DNA from: Octopus vulgaris | Lineage: Eukaryota | Direction of reading: 5' to 3' | Length of the DNA stretch: 64,000 bases | Assembly (NCBI GenBank): GCA_951406725.2 | Contig: OX597832.1 | Span: 45,942,001-46,006,000, forward strand | Part shown: positions 13,127 through 28,092 of the stretch, piece by piece | Layout of the letters: each line of letters starts with the position of its first letter | Numbering within the stretch: the first letter of the stretch is position 1 | Made by a program: the position numbers and the translations under genes | The notes under the pieces: model-generated | What the model was told of the DNA's origin: nothing | What the model saw: the letters and a program-made list of their open reading frames with translations, nothing else | Databases searched by the model: none

Positions 13127-14017
13127 CACACTCACACACACACACATATATATATGTATGTGTGTGTATACGTATACATACGTACAAACGTACACACGCT
13201 CATTGTACACACATACAAGAATCCATATATATTTATCTGTTTTTTAGTTATGTGAATCGAACCCTTGCAATATTTCAACATCTATTAATGCGCACTGATA
13301 TGAGTGCTAGATCAGCTGGTTATCAAGTTAAGCTCAATATCCTTGTAGCCATCGCTCATCGTCTCTTTTTAACCAAATCCAGTGGCTAGTCTTCTCATCT
13401 TACTATGTCATCCTTTTGGTGCTTGTAGAGCTACAGAACCAGCCCGCAGCCAAATGATATTAAGGAAAAGAATTTATATCATACACCACTGTGGTTCTCT
13501 GCGAAAGGTCGTATACGATTCAAACCCTTAACATTAAACAAAAAATGACGTGAACATTTGACGCCTTCCTCATTCATCCATGTATTCTTTTCATTCTTCG
13601 TATTCCCATATTGGTGACTTAACGGAGGAAACTTAACTAACAACCTCCTACGTAAACTTTGTTTTAAATGCCGAACAGAGACCAACGCTTGTGCAGACAC
13701 TGCAATGCTACAATCACGTTGAAACCCGGTGCTCAGACATTTTATAATGATCCCCAAGGATCGGACTGCCGAATCAATGGAAACTGGGCATGAAAAAAAA
13801 AACCTACTACAAATTAGATACATGCTGCATCCTGCGTCAAGCGATTAAGAGTCAACGTTCTCTCGGAATTAGATTCCAAGTAGACATCTGTATAGATGTA
13901 CTTTATAGATTTTCTATAAACTTTTTTTGCTGTTTCATAAAATGTCCCTTTCCATTGCTATTTACTACCAATGAAATATGCATACATGGTCTCTTTATCT
14001 TCATTTTTCTTTCGTTC

Positions 14018-14431
14018 TACTCTTTACTCTTTTACTCTTTTACTTGTTTCAGTCATTTGACTGCGGTCATGCTGGAGCACCGCCTTTAGTCGAGCAAATC
14101 GACCCCGGCACTTATTCTTTTGTAAGTCCAGTACTTATTCTTAGCGGTGTCTTTTGCCGAACCGCTAAGTGACGGGGGACATAAACACACCAGCATCGGT
14201 TGTCAAGCAATGCAAGGGGGACAAACACAGACACACAAACACACACACACACATATATATATATATCTATATTTATGGCAGGCTTCTTTCAGTTGCCGTC
14301 AACCAAATCCACTCACAAGGCTTTGGTCGGCCCGGGGCTATAGCAGAAGACGCTTGCCCAAGATGCCACGCAGTGGGACTGAACCCTGAACCATGTGGTT
14401 GGTTAGCAAGCTACTTACCACACAGCCACTC
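14018..14431 (-). mobile_element. SINE-A
   Basis: Reverse complement of the 10169 family. Confidence 0.9.
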
Positions 14432-14992
14432 TTATTTTGCATGAGAAAACGTTTTGATTTGCATTTATATTTTGTTTTATATTTTGGTTTCTCTGTCTAT
14501 ACACACACATAGTTCGTACACGCTGCTTTTATTCGTTATTTCTTACGCATTCTTCTGCAAATTTCCTATGAATGAATATGACTGATCTCGCCATTTTCGT
14601 TTGTTTCATTCACTAATTTTTCTCTTGTAAATCACTCACTTCATGTTGACTACCTAGTAGCAAATGTACAATCCTCAAATCATAGAAATTTCCATCTTAA
14701 TACGATCCACCTTTTCTACCTCATCTCATTCATAACCTACGACTCATCAGGGGCCCTGCTTTAAATTCATGTAGCTGCATATTTCATAACGCTTTATATA
14801 TTTTCTGTAATGTGCTTTTCAGATAGGAACAAGTATAAACAAAAATCTCCTTATATTTTAATAAAATCATTTTAATAAAACCGCAGTTAAATACATCTTC
14901 AACCGTTTTTTTTTATTGGCTCCGATTATTTATTTAATAATCCAGCCTGCAATATAAAACAAAATATTTAAAATAATTAGCATCTTTGATAT

Positions 14993-15196
14993 AGGAGTGG
15001 CTGTGTGGTAGGTAGCTTGCTTACCAACCATATGGTTTCGGGTTGAGTCCCACTGCGTGGCACCTTGGTCAAGTGTCTTCTACTATAGCCTCGAGCCGAT
15101 CAAAGCCTTGTGAGTGGATTTGGTAAACGGAAACTAAAAGAAGCCCGTCGTATATATATGTGTGTGTGCTTGTGTATCTGTGTTTGTCCCCCCGCT

Positions 15197-15231
<35 letters not shown>

Positions 15232-15455
15232 GGTGTGTGTGTGTGTGTTTTTGTGCGTCTGTGTTTGTATCCCCAACATCGCTTAACAACCGATGCTGGT
15301 GTGTTTACGTTCCCGACACTTAGTGGTTCGGCAACAGACACCGATAGAATAAGTAATAGGCTTACAAAGAATAAGTCCTGGAGTTGATTTGCTCGACCAA
15401 ACGCGGTGCTCACGCATCGCCGCAGTCAAATGACTGAAACAAATAAAACAAAAAT
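14993..15455 (+). mobile_element. SINE-A with internal duplication
   Basis: Family match; microsatellite segment duplicated. Confidence 0.9.
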
Positions 15456-15873
15456 AAGACCACCAGAAGCCGCTTTTAGCACTTGCTTTTCTGTTCGTCA
15501 GTATTCACCTAATTTCTTTCTCTCTTTAAATATATATTTCTTTAGCAATACGTATTTTTTTTTATTTGTAAACAAATAGACATCGACGCTCTTTCATAAG
15601 TTTTCACAATTATCACATCTATACTTAAAATTCAGAGTTATCTCCACTTTAAAAACGTAGCAATAAATAGAACCACCTGTTATTTTCTCTCAACGCTACA
15701 GTTGTCATAACTTTCAAATTTCCTATATTATTGTCTTCATTCTCCCATTTCATTATCTATGTTTCCACTACATTAAATTCCTCTGTTTCCTGACAGTTGA
15801 ACTTCTACTTCAGTTCACTTCTTGCTGCGTATTTCAATAGTTTGCATATGCTTCTGTTCCCTTGCTTTTTAAA

Positions 15874-16037
15874 GTGGCCTGCGTGGTAAGTAGCTTGCTT
15901 ACCAACCACATGGTTCTGGGTTCAGTCCCGCTGCGTGGCACCTTGGGCAAGTGTCTTCTACTATAGTCTCGGGTCGACCAAAGCCATGTGAGTTGATTTG
16001 GTAGACGGAAACTGGAAGAATCCCGTCGTATATGTAT

Positions 16038-16092
<55 letters not shown>

Positions 16093-16540
16093 AGTATTTA
16101 TTAAACTCTTGTTACCATTTGTATAGGCGCAGGAGTGGCTGTGTGGTTAGTAGCTTGCTTACCAACCACATGGTTCTGGGTTCAGTCCCACTGCGTGACA
16201 CCTTGGGCAAGTGTCTTCTACTATAGCCTCAGGCCGACCAAAGCCATGTGAGTTGATTTGGTAGACGGAAACTGGAAGAATCCCGTCGTATATGTATATA
16301 CACACACACATATGTATATATATATATATATATATATGATAGTATTTATTAAACTCTTGTTACCATTTATATAGGCGCAGGAGTGGCTGTGTGGTTAGTA
16401 GCTTGCTTACCAACCACATGGTTCTGGGTTCAGTCAAGCTGCGTGGCACCTTGGGCAAGTGTCTTCTACTATAGCCTCGGGCCGACCAAGACCATGCGAG
16501 TTAATTTGGTAGACGGACGGAAACTGGAAGAAGCCCGTCG

Positions 16541-16589
<49 letters not shown>

Positions 16590-16808
16590 ATATGTTTGTG
16601 TGTCTGTGTTTGTCCCCACCAACATTGCTTGACAACCGATGCTGGTGTGTTTACGTCCCCGTCACTTAGCGGTTCGGCAAAAGGGACCGATAAAATAAGT
16701 ACTAGGCTTTACAAAGAATAAGCTCTGGGGTCAATTTGCTCGACTAAAGGCGGTGCTCCAGCATGGCCGCAGTCAAAATGACTGAAACAAGTAAAAGAGT
16801 AAAAGAGT
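15874..16808 (+). mobile_element. SINE-A array: two 5' halves (15874-16030, 16126-16290) plus one full copy (16373-16808)
   Basis: Family match. The linker GATAGTATTTATTAAACTCTTGTTACCATTT is repeated before the 2nd and 3rd heads. Confidence 0.9.
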
Positions 16809-17265
16809 ATATGAGCACATACATACAAACATAAATATTTTTTCAGTTTGAAGGATAGGCGCCCGTCTCCCATCTCCGTGGAGGGAAAGGGGAAAGTATC
16901 AACCGTAGACATTTTCGAAGCATTCGAAACTGAAAGGACTCTCCTAAATGCAACCATGGACCATATGCCTGTCTTACATCAAGCGACTGATAAATTATAC
17001 TAACAGCGTAGGCCGTGATACCTTCCGAAGAGAGAAAGCAACCAAAGGGATCAGAGCCGCAAACCATCCATCAGGTTTAACGTTCTCGCAGTTCTGTCCG
17101 TCTAGGCTTGTTACGATTCTCTGAGTTCTGAGTTCAAATCTACTCGAAGGAAAATTAAAATTACAGGGTCGACAAGTATGCATGTATTCATTCTTCTTGA
17201 CATTGATTCTTGTCCCCTTGTCTCCCTCCTTGATTCATCTCCCCTTTCTCTCCGTCAGTCCCTCG

Positions 17266-17266
17266 T

Positions 17267-17312
<46 letters not shown>

Positions 17313-17532
17313 TTTCTTTCGTTCTCTCTCTCTCTTTCTTTCTTTCTTTTTTTCTTTGTCTCTTTCTATCTTTCTTTCTTTCTCTCTTTCTTTCTTTCTT
17401 TCTCTCTTTCTTTCTTTCTCTCTTTCTTTCTTTCTCTCTTTCTTTCTTCCTTTCTTTGTTTGTTTCTTTCTTCCTGTCTTTCCTTCTTTCTCTCGGTTTT
17501 TCTTTCTCTCGTTCTTTCTCTCGTTCTTTCTC

Positions 17533-17605
<73 letters not shown>

Positions 17606-17677
17606 TTTCCTTCCTTCCTTCCTTCCTTCCTTCCTTCCTTCCTTCCTTCCTTCCTTCCTTTCTTTCTTTCTTTCTCT
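17266..17677. repeat. (TTTC)n/(TTCC)n polypyrimidine tract
   Basis: Direct reading. Confidence 0.95.
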
Positions 17678-17978
17678 TAATGACAGAAATACAATTCATT
17701 AAACACAGGTAATTTTTTTCTGTGGATACGGTGCTAATGCCTATATTACTAATCAACGTTCCAAGCTGCAAGGTATGGATTCCACATAAATTCTAAACTT
17801 GATCGTATTGTGCTGTGAAATAGAATAATAATAAGGAAATTATATATCCGGGGCATAACAGCACACAAATATTGTACACACGCCAACGCACACACACACA
17901 CGCGCGCACGAACATACACACACGAACATACACACACACGGGTACACACGAACATACATACACACATGCATATATATA

Positions 17979-18009
<31 letters not shown>

Positions 18010-18161
18010 AAATATATATGTATATGTATATGTGTGTGTTCATATGGTGATATATATATATATATATGTTTTAACGCATGTATGTTAAGTGGCTTAAGCG
18101 TACAAACGTATGGTCATACAAGCCTATAATTGTTTCTAAGACTACATGATCACTATTCACG

Positions 18162-18206
<45 letters not shown>

Positions 18207-18391
18207 ACGCACGCACACACACACATATACACACACACATACACACAAATATCGATAGAGAGAGAGAAAAAGAGAAATGGAGAGAAGGAGGGAGTTGGAT
18301 AAATAGATAGACAGATAAGTACATGATAGATAGTTGGATAAATTCATATAAATATTGACGCAAACACGCACACATACACACACACGTATAT

Positions 18392-18485
<94 letters not shown>

Positions 18486-19813
18486 ATATATATATTTTTA
18501 TTTATATTATATAGAGGGCATTATTACACATAAATCCCACACGCCAGGAGGGACTTTATATATATATAAATATATATAAATGAGTGTAAAAATATTTAAT
18601 GAAATTTACGCACACTTACACAGACGCTTAGACACAAAAAATGGCTCACAAGCGCACCACACGCACATACACGCAGTCTCACGCACACCAACGTACATGA
18701 ACACACGCACACGTACGCCCACACGCACACACACACACATATTTATAAATGTATATATATACTTTATATATATATATAACCGAACTCGTGTCCACAATTT
18801 AAATTTCATGGGTGATTAAAATATATTAATCCCATTCAAACTGAACAACCAAATTATTTCCTTATCGATGTTTTTTTTTTTATTTTTATTTCTGCTTATT
18901 TTGTATATTTTATTTCCTAGCATATTCATTTGCGTGGTTTTTCGTTCCTTTATTCAATTTTGATTTGATATTTCACTCTACGTTTGACTATTTCTGATCA
19001 AACCGAGTAAATAATAGAGTTCGTGAAACTTTCGTAAAAATCTTATAATGAATGGACTATCGATTTTTGGCGTCCATTTTTGATCAGCTATCGTTAAATT
19101 AGCCGATTAAGCTGGGGACGTCAATTTCTCCGAACAAATTAGTAGACATACAATTCCTGTAATAATCAGTGTGTTAAAAATAGTAAGATGTCCCTACTAA
19201 TTGGAATTCCGTCATTCATTCAGTAACTCATCACACACTTAGACACACAGTCACACACGGACACACTGACACACACACACACATACAAGGACACGTATGT
19301 GCATATACATAAATATATATATTATGCGTATATATAAATATATATTTATACACACACACACACATATATGTGTACCCCCACCATATATATATATATATAT
19401 ATATATATCAGCGTATGTATGTCTTTATATGATTATTCAGATAAATATATGAGTCAATGAAGTGCCAAGGTAATGAGAATATGCTTGAATTTTATTGATT
19501 AATATACTTACACATACATACGTAATACATACATACATATATTAATACAGACATATATACACACACCCATATATATATATAATATAACATATATATATGT
19601 GTGTGTGTATGTGTGTACACTTCCTCACTTACTCATACACACATACATACATATATATGAATAAGTATACCTATGTATATGTTGAGTCACTAACATTACA
19701 TTCTTGATTTCTTCGTTCGCACATTTATCGTTGTAAAACACGTACAACACAGAATTTATGAAAAACTTAATACAAATGGCTAGCTATTAGGTATTTCCGA
19801 ATATATTCTTTAC

Positions 19814-20580
19814 TATTGGGTTGCCAACTAAGTTCCCGCCGTCTTTTTTTAAATTAAAATTTTTTAAAAGGTTTAATAAAAAAATAACAACTAATTAATC
19901 AATAATGTATTCACCCTTGTTGTTTACAGCTTCTACCCAACGTTCAACAACATTTTCAATACCTCGTTGGTAGAAATCACTCGATTTCGACTCGAAAACC
20001 AAGCTCTCAATTTTGCATCAGTATTGAACGAAATTCCGCGCATAGCATTTGAAAGAGATCGAAAGAGGTGGAAATCCGTTGGTGCCAAATCATGAGAGTA
20101 CAGCGGGTGTGCCTCATTTCCCAGCCATGCGTTTGAATAGCTTCCTTGGTCATATTGGCGATATGAGGGTGGGCAATGTCTTGCAGCAGAAGAACGCCAT
20201 GCCGCCGATTAGGTCTTTTCTCTTGAATAGCCGTGTTGAGTCGTTCCAGTTAGGTCCTTTCTCTTGAATATCCGTGTTGAGTCGTTCCACGTTGACCGTT
20301 TGGTTCCGTTCAAACAATTCGTAATGGATAGTCCCTTCACAGCCCCACCATACACACAACGTCGTTTTACGCGGATGAAGATCTTGTTTCACGCGCGGTG
20401 TCACTTGTTTACCGGGGCTAAGCCATTCCTTATGCTGCTTCATATTGATGTACAGACACCATTTTTCGTCACCAGTAACGATTCGGTAAAGAAACCGTTG
20501 CTTGTGTCCATGAGTTGAACCGTGACGGGCAAGCAAACCAGTGGAGATTGTGGCTCGTTGATTTTTGTTGCTGTCACTTG
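19814..20580 (-). mobile_element. Mariner (Tc1/mariner, DD34D-type) transposon relic: 3' TIR plus decayed transposase
   Basis: Minus-strand motifs RIVTGDEKW, CVWW, YSHDLAPTDFHLFRSLSN, FYQRGIENVVERW..GEYIID*. End TA|TTGGGTTGCCAACTAAGTTC resembles mariner TIRs. Frameshifted; second TIR not found. Confidence 0.9.
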
Positions 20581-22005
20581 TTGCTGTGACTACGATGAAA
20601 AATGTGAATGTATAGCAGAGCTAAATAACTGTCACGGAATTTTGAAACTACCCATTGCAGGAACTTAGGAGCGAAAGATGATGTGTCGATCAGTATTGAG
20701 ACTATCGCTCTCTTTCCTTCAACCAATGAATCCATGGCGTTTCGCTAAATTTGTCCCAGAGGAAGCTCTGCATCAGATGCAACAGTTGAAGGCATAAACG
20801 CTATGATTATAAATCTAATTATTCTGACGCGATGATTTCAAGTAATTTGCTTTCAAACTTAATATAAATTTCAATTCATGTCGTTCAATACTAAGCGAAC
20901 AATGATCTAATATAATAAATTTTATTGTGCGAAAACCGCCACCCAGATTTAGTTTGTAACTCAGACATGAAGATTAAAATTATCTTGTTAGAGTACGAAT
21001 ATAAATTCATGTTTTAACTCGGTTTGGTTTTTTAAGACTAATACATGGGATTTAAATTTATATTTAACACTAATTGTTACACATCACATAGATATACTTT
21101 ACTTTTCACCAATGAAATTTCGCTTTTTGTAACTAGCTTCAGTTTCCAACTACATACAACTTGTGAATATGTGTATATAGCTCATAGAAGTCAAATGACC
21201 CTCGGCATTTATTGTACATGCAGTCACCAACTCCTGTTTTCGTTTCGTCTTGACATTTCCAAGTAATATAGAAACAGTCGTATTCTACAATCAACATTTA
21301 AACATTATAAGAACGATCGAAATAAATAATTGAATAGATGTATAATTACCGATATAACTTAGATTAAGTCATTAAGCCGAATCTTAAACATTTACAATAA
21401 AGATGGAAACAAATGAATTACTGAAATAACTTTGAGTCGTTTATAAGAAATATCGAAGTTTTCAACAAGTAATGGAAAATCCAGACTGAAATTAAAAGAT
21501 TACAGTTTTCAAATATGCAAGAAAATCGAGAAAGATATTAAAATAGATTTAAATGATTTATGAGAAAGAAGTGAATTAACTTCAAAGGATAATTTAACTT
21601 TAAAACGCATAACGCAAACTTGAAACATCTTAGAACAGTGAAGTGTGAAAACCCTTTTATTTGATGCAAATACGAGGCTAGCAGTGATCGTAGTGATGGT
21701 TCCCATTAGAAATATTTTCCGTAATATCTTTACAATAATAAATGTTATAACTTTATTGCAATAAAATTGAAAGACACTGAAACACAATGTAAGTTAGACA
21801 GACAGACAGACAGACAATAGTGACACATGAAGAATCACAGGTTAAAGATTAGACACATGACGTAGAAGAAGAGAGGTCGCAGCGAATAAACGCCGTGGAG
21901 TGTTATTTTGAGCGAGAAAGATTTCTATAGATTTATTTTCAATAGAACCAACAAGGCTTTCTCTATATCTCACTCTCCCACGTCTCTTGTCTCTACACAC
22001 CTATC

Positions 22006-22093
<88 letters not shown>

Positions 22094-22095
<2 letters not shown>

Positions 22096-22324
22096 ATTTC
22101 TTTATTGTCCACAAGAGGCTAAACATAGAAGGGAGAAAGAAGGACTGATGAAGGGATTAAGTCGAGTACATCGACCCCAGTGCGTAACAGTATTTTATTT
22201 ATTGACCTCGAAAGGATGAAAGGCAAAGTCGACCTCGGCGGAATTTAAACTCAGAACGTAACGGCAGAAGAAACACCGCTAAGCATTTCGGCCAGCGCGC
22301 CAACGTTCCTGCCAGCTCGCCGTC
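22094..22324 (-). mobile_element. SINE-C, inserted at the edge of a (TATC)n tract
   Basis: Family match; TATCTATCTATC present on both sides. Confidence 0.9.
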
Positions 22325-22864
22325 TTATCTATCTATCGAGGAATGCGAAAAATAAATTTATTCGATGTATCTGATTTAGCATTTTGATTGTAAACTATAC
22401 ACATAAAACTATTTAATGTGGAAGACAGGTAAAATGCCGTGCGGTAAAATGTCTGCCTCTGTGATTTGTAAGCTTAAATCCCACGACGCCAGCTTCACAT
22501 TTCCTCAATTAAGTATCAAAATGTAACTTACTAGTTAACTCCTTCCCGAAACAAATGAGAAATCATATGAAAAAAAACATTTTTTTAATACTCGTAATGT
22601 CAAATGATTGTGTAAACTCGAAGTACCACGCGTATTAATAGATTTTTAATCCATTGTGTTATGTGAAAGTCGAGAGAAGAAAAAGGATTTTTAAAGATGA
22701 ACATTTTGCCTTTCTCAAGATCATAGGTTTCATGTGTGAAGTAAATCTACTTCAGCTTGAGATTCATTATTTCAGCTAGCTTTGAATGTATCAATTACAT
22801 TATAGATTTTACCACACTGACGTAAATGGAAACCAAGTGTTTTTATTATTATAACTAACCTTCC

Positions 22865-23010
22865 ACTGAGGTCGATTTTGCCTTTCATCCTTTCGGGGTC
22901 GATTAAGTAAGTACCAGTTACGCACTGGGTTCGATGTAATCGGCTTAATCCCTTTGTCTCTCCTTGTTTGTCCTGTCTATGCTTAGCTCCTTGTGGGCCA
23001 TAAAGATAAA
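22865..23010 (+). mobile_element. SINE-C 3' part
   Basis: Core and tail; flanks share TATTATTATAACTAA (TSD-like). Confidence 0.85.
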
Positions 23011-23041
23011 AACTATTATTATAACTAATTTTAAAATAGTT

Positions 23042-23445
23042 GGAGTGGCTGTGTGGTAAGTAGCTTGCTTACCAACCACATCGCTCCGGGTTCAGTCCCA
23101 CTGCGTGGCACCTTGTGAAGTGTCTTCTACTATAGCCTCGGGCCGACCAAATCCTTGTGAGTGGATTTGTTAGACGGAAACTGAAAGAAGCCCGTCGTAT
23201 ATATGTATATGTATATATGCATGTGTATATATGTTTGCGTGTCTGTGTTTGTCCCCCCTCCCAACATCGCTTGACAACCGATGCTGGTATGTTTACGTCC
23301 CCGTAACTTAGCGGTTCGGCAAAAGAGACCGATATAATAAGTACTAGGCTTACAAAGAATAAGTCCTGGGTTCGATTTGCTCGACTAAAGGCAGTGCTCC
23401 TGCATGACCGCAGTCAAATGACTGAAACAATTAAGAGAGATGGTG
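23042..23445 (+). mobile_element. SINE-A
   Basis: Family match. Confidence 0.9.
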
Positions 23446-24817
23446 AGAGAGAGTTTTAAAGAGTTATACGCATCTAATTTGCCGAGTGATCTAAGAACCA
23501 GAATTTGAAACTTGACCTAAATGAATCGAAACGTAATATGCGAATAGGAGATAATATAAAAGCCTCGGAGAATAACCCTGATAACATATAAGTATAAATA
23601 TAGCTACTTACATCCGTCGTACTTATTCTTAAACAGTTAGTAATTTTAGTTTAAGTTTCTCACAAAAGTTCCTAACCGTTCCTTTCGATTCATTTTCGAT
23701 TTTGTGACGGTAAGAAATCAGAAATCGACAATACTTTGTAATTGCGAGAAAAAAATTAGAGGTTATAGTTTTCCACTTCATATGAAAACTTTTATAAATT
23801 TTGAAGAAACACAGATACTTTTATTTTCTCATTTCTTTTCCCGATAATGTGATCGTCATCCATAATGAAATTCTGTACATGCTTGTGGCGTTTGGCCAAT
23901 ACAGTTTTATTACTAATATAATTCTACATCGTTGCTGAAACACTAAATGTTTCGCAAGTTTTAACGACTTTCCTGAGTTTTTCTCACTCCTCCTACTTTA
24001 CACTTTACTACTCCACCTCCCTTTCTCGCTATTGAGTTTGGGCGAAACATCTTTTTGGCACAAGTCTGTATTTTAATAGCTTCTAGCAAACTGAATGGCG
24101 TTCGATTGTTGTGTTCACTTCTGTCTTTGACATATGTTGCTGTAAATAATAGAAGATAAATACGTAAAATAACTGTTGCGACTACAGACGAATAAATGTG
24201 TAATACTTGCTATTAAATTCATAGAAACTATCCCTTCTGGTTCCTAGACCATGTTGCCCTCCTAGACCATGTTGCCCTATAGAGGAAGAAGCTAATTGAT
24301 GGTAACAAACATACCCTACATATATTCGGAATTAAAGATGCAACCGTATATATAAATGCCATGATGACCCGTCTCTGCTTCTTCATCTTTTGTAACGAGA
24401 GTAGCGTAGAGGCTCAGTTAAAACCCTTATAATTGTTAGGTTATTCTTGTTGCATTATGATTTATAATCCAAACAATAGGAATTTTCCTATTTCCTTGAT
24501 CGATGAAATAAGAACCATTTATTTACCGGATGAATTTAATTAAATTCTGCCCTAAATATGTTTGGTCTTGTGCCAAGGTAATAAAATTTTATGTACCTTT
24601 TGCTAGTTTCTTTACGGATATCCAATCAGTTGTTGTTGTCTTACTGTATTCAATTACAAGCCAAAAAGAAAAAAAAAAGATCGAATAGGCGAATTTATAT
24701 ATATTAGCGATACTATGCTGCTAATCACTTAAGCAACTACGTTAAGTTGGTATTTACATAGGATAGGTCTGCCAAAAAATATCCTCCATCCTCTATGTCG
24801 TGATATATGTTCCCGTC

Positions 24818-25050
24818 TTATTTCTTTATTGCCCACAAAGGGCTAAACATAGAGGGGACAAACAAGGAGAGACAAAGGGATTAAGTCGATTACATCGAGC
24901 CCAGTGCGTAACTGGTACTTAATTTATGGACCTCGAAAGGATGAAAGGCAAAGTCGACCTCGGCGGGATTTGAACTCAGAACGTAACGACAGACGAAACA
25001 CCGCTAAGCATTTCGCTCGGCGTGCTAACGTTTCTGCCACCTCGCCGCCT
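24818..25050 (-). mobile_element. SINE-C, full length
   Basis: Family match; imperfect TSD TATATGTT..CGTCTT. Confidence 0.9.
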
Positions 25051-27071
25051 TTATATGTTATCGTCTTGTTACAGGGTATCATGTCGATTCAACGAAGATA
25101 CCCCCTATGCAGTTGCTTGTCCTGCTAGAAATACTAGACGAACACCTAAGAAATTCCACCCTTGCTCGCTTTGAAAAAAAAAACAGAAAAAGATGGAAAA
25201 CAATCTAAAGACCCTCGAAAATACGAAATGGTCAATACTGAAACATATTTGATCGGTCCTAATCCCAGGATAAACCACCAAAATAAAGAACAATATTGAG
25301 ATGAATCTCACCGAAATAACAGCACAGTTCTGTAACGATTTATTCTTAACATTCTTAATTTTGGCAATATCTATAAAGATGTTGAAGTGTGAGAAACTTG
25401 GCGAGTTCTCTTTTATTTCTTGGTGTAATACACGAAGATGAATTCTTTAAGAATGCATTAATGCATGAAAAATATAGTATAATTTATAACGAGACTAGAT
25501 AGAAATTGTGCGTTGAATATGAAAATTAAATTCAATACAAACGCATGAATTAATTAGCTGATAATATTAGTATGTAAATAATATTAGATTAAATCAATAA
25601 TACGCCTGATCGATCATATAAGCTAAGCATTGTTTGCTGTTTTTGAGAAATAGGCCATGTTTTAATACGGTAGCATCACAGACGTGTAAAATCTTGAAAG
25701 TAAGAACATCGATCAATTGAGTATATTCATGTAATATGTAGATATAAACTCCATCTAGGCGTGTTCAAACTCTATCACCTGCAAACAGGGAAAATAGCTG
25801 CAATTGGAATAGTTGGTCGATAATTTTGGACACTAAGGACAAAGCTTTTATGAATGGATTTTATCTGTTCTCTATTATTTTTGTCTATCAGTTTCTTCGT
25901 TAATCTCTGTTAATCCGTACATTAAATCTATGGAACAATACAGTATTTTCTATTAGTTTACATACTGCTCTATTAATTTATTCTAAGAATATCAGCCCTT
26001 TAACTGATAATCTCCATCAGTATCTCTATATTTTTATATTTATTTATATATTGATTACTTGTAATCTTGATAAAATATGTTTTAATTAAAAGGTTTAATA
26101 TAACCGAAACCTATATGTTGTTTGTCATAATTCTCTTTAAAGACAAGATTAATACAATTTTACATTAATTGCCTAAAGAATTATAATGAGTTTGAGCGAC
26201 TGATTTTAGTATTATAGCTTATTATGCCCGGTGTTATCAAATTATGAAAGACCCTTGAGAATTTCTTTCCTCCTTGTTACGTAAACATTTTTCGCTGACA
26301 ATATTTTTCAATTAAATTTGAACAACATGAGACTCTATCTGTATTTCACAAGAAGAGGGTTCACCTTAAAACATGTACTTCAGCCTTAGTATCGATATGA
26401 TAAAAATTGCTTTGTTTTAGAACAATTTTCTTGCGGAATGGGCTTGCTAAATATATTTTACCGTATCTTCATTAATTAATTGTATCAGAGGAAACAGCGC
26501 CCGTGATATAAATCAAAATCAATATAGATGCTTATATTAGTCTATTTAGCCAATTATATATCTAGTTGAGCGCTCACAATATTCAAGACTACGAATCATT
26601 AAATTACTTAATCATTTAAGAAATAACTCTGAAACACAACAGTTAAAATTAATTCCCTCCTGTAATCAATTAATGTGCAGCAACTAATTAATTATAATAA
26701 CTGAATAAATATCAATTCCAATGCTCAGAGAGTTTAATAATATAAATCATTATATTTTCAACAATTACTTTCATACGCAACAGTGGAAATTACAATCTCC
26801 TTCTTTCAAATTAATATATTAGCAATGCCCATAAAACTGTTCTTGTAAACAACTACACCAAGATTTATCCGATGAACACGTATTGATTTCATTTGGTGTT
26901 TACTAATTAGTCCTAAGATTTTAGAGGAAGCAATATTGACCAATTATGATGTTCAGGTCTTCAGCAAGACTTGTACGTAATTCATCTGAATATCTTCCTA
27001 ATACGAACCACACACACAAACACACATGTATATAATAATAATAATAATTATAATAATAATTATAATAATAT

Positions 27072-27102
<31 letters not shown>

Positions 27103-27202
27103 AATAATAAAATGATAAGAAATGAATAAGACCTCGATATTAGGTTAATAGGGGCATTTTATATATATATATAACTATCTCTTAATAGTATGAACATTTT
27201 TT

Positions 27203-28001
27203 ATATAGTTAATCTAAATATGAACAAAGAGAAAACACAACAACTCGAGGATGTGGCACAAGTATAGTGTTATTGGACGCTCAGGAAAGAAAGAAGGGAG
27301 AACTTAGCGTTTCGAGCGGAGCTCTTCGTCAGAAACATAGAAAGAAAAAAAAAGAGGCTTAGCGTCAAATCATTTCTTTGTTAGATAAGAATGTGGTTAT
27401 ATTTTGTGATAACTTCTGGAAATCGAACCTAGATTCTTCATTTAGATTTCCGCGTAAATCCACTTCTATATCATGATATTCAGCATATACATAATCAAAT
27501 TTAATGAGCAAATATTTGTATTTTTTTCTCGTTTACAATTCCCTTTACTGTGTCATTTTGTATTTAGTTACTGTTTTATCTACTTTTGTACATTATTTAA
27601 TTCATTAAACACATGACAAACTAACTACAAAAATATGGTAATACGGAGGTACTTTGGATATCAAAACACGCGATCAGTGATAGTTATTCACTGACAAATA
27701 TGAAAATAGGAGTTTATTTAACAATGTGCAATATCATTTGGTCTCTTAATAGTATGAACATTTTTTAGCTGATCAAGAATGGCAATTGTTTCCCCCCTTT
27801 ATTATTTGTATATAAAGAACGACTCTTCGTGAATTGCCGGCTTTCTGTATACTCCTCATTTCGAACATTTAATGACAATATGAGTTTTCGAAGACAGTTG
27901 CTTCCATAAGTACCAAAATAAAATTTTGGATTTCTGGAGGATCAAAGTTGGGGAACAAAAACAGGACAGTGGGGGCGACATACAAGGAAAGGGAACGACG
28001 A

Positions 28002-28092
<91 letters not shown>

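Noticed and set aside
17678-17714. Possible 22-nt microexon (AG|AAATAC..ACAG|GTAATT) after the pyrimidine tract
   Set aside because: Splice-like dinucleotides next to a microsatellite are weak evidence; no partner exons found.
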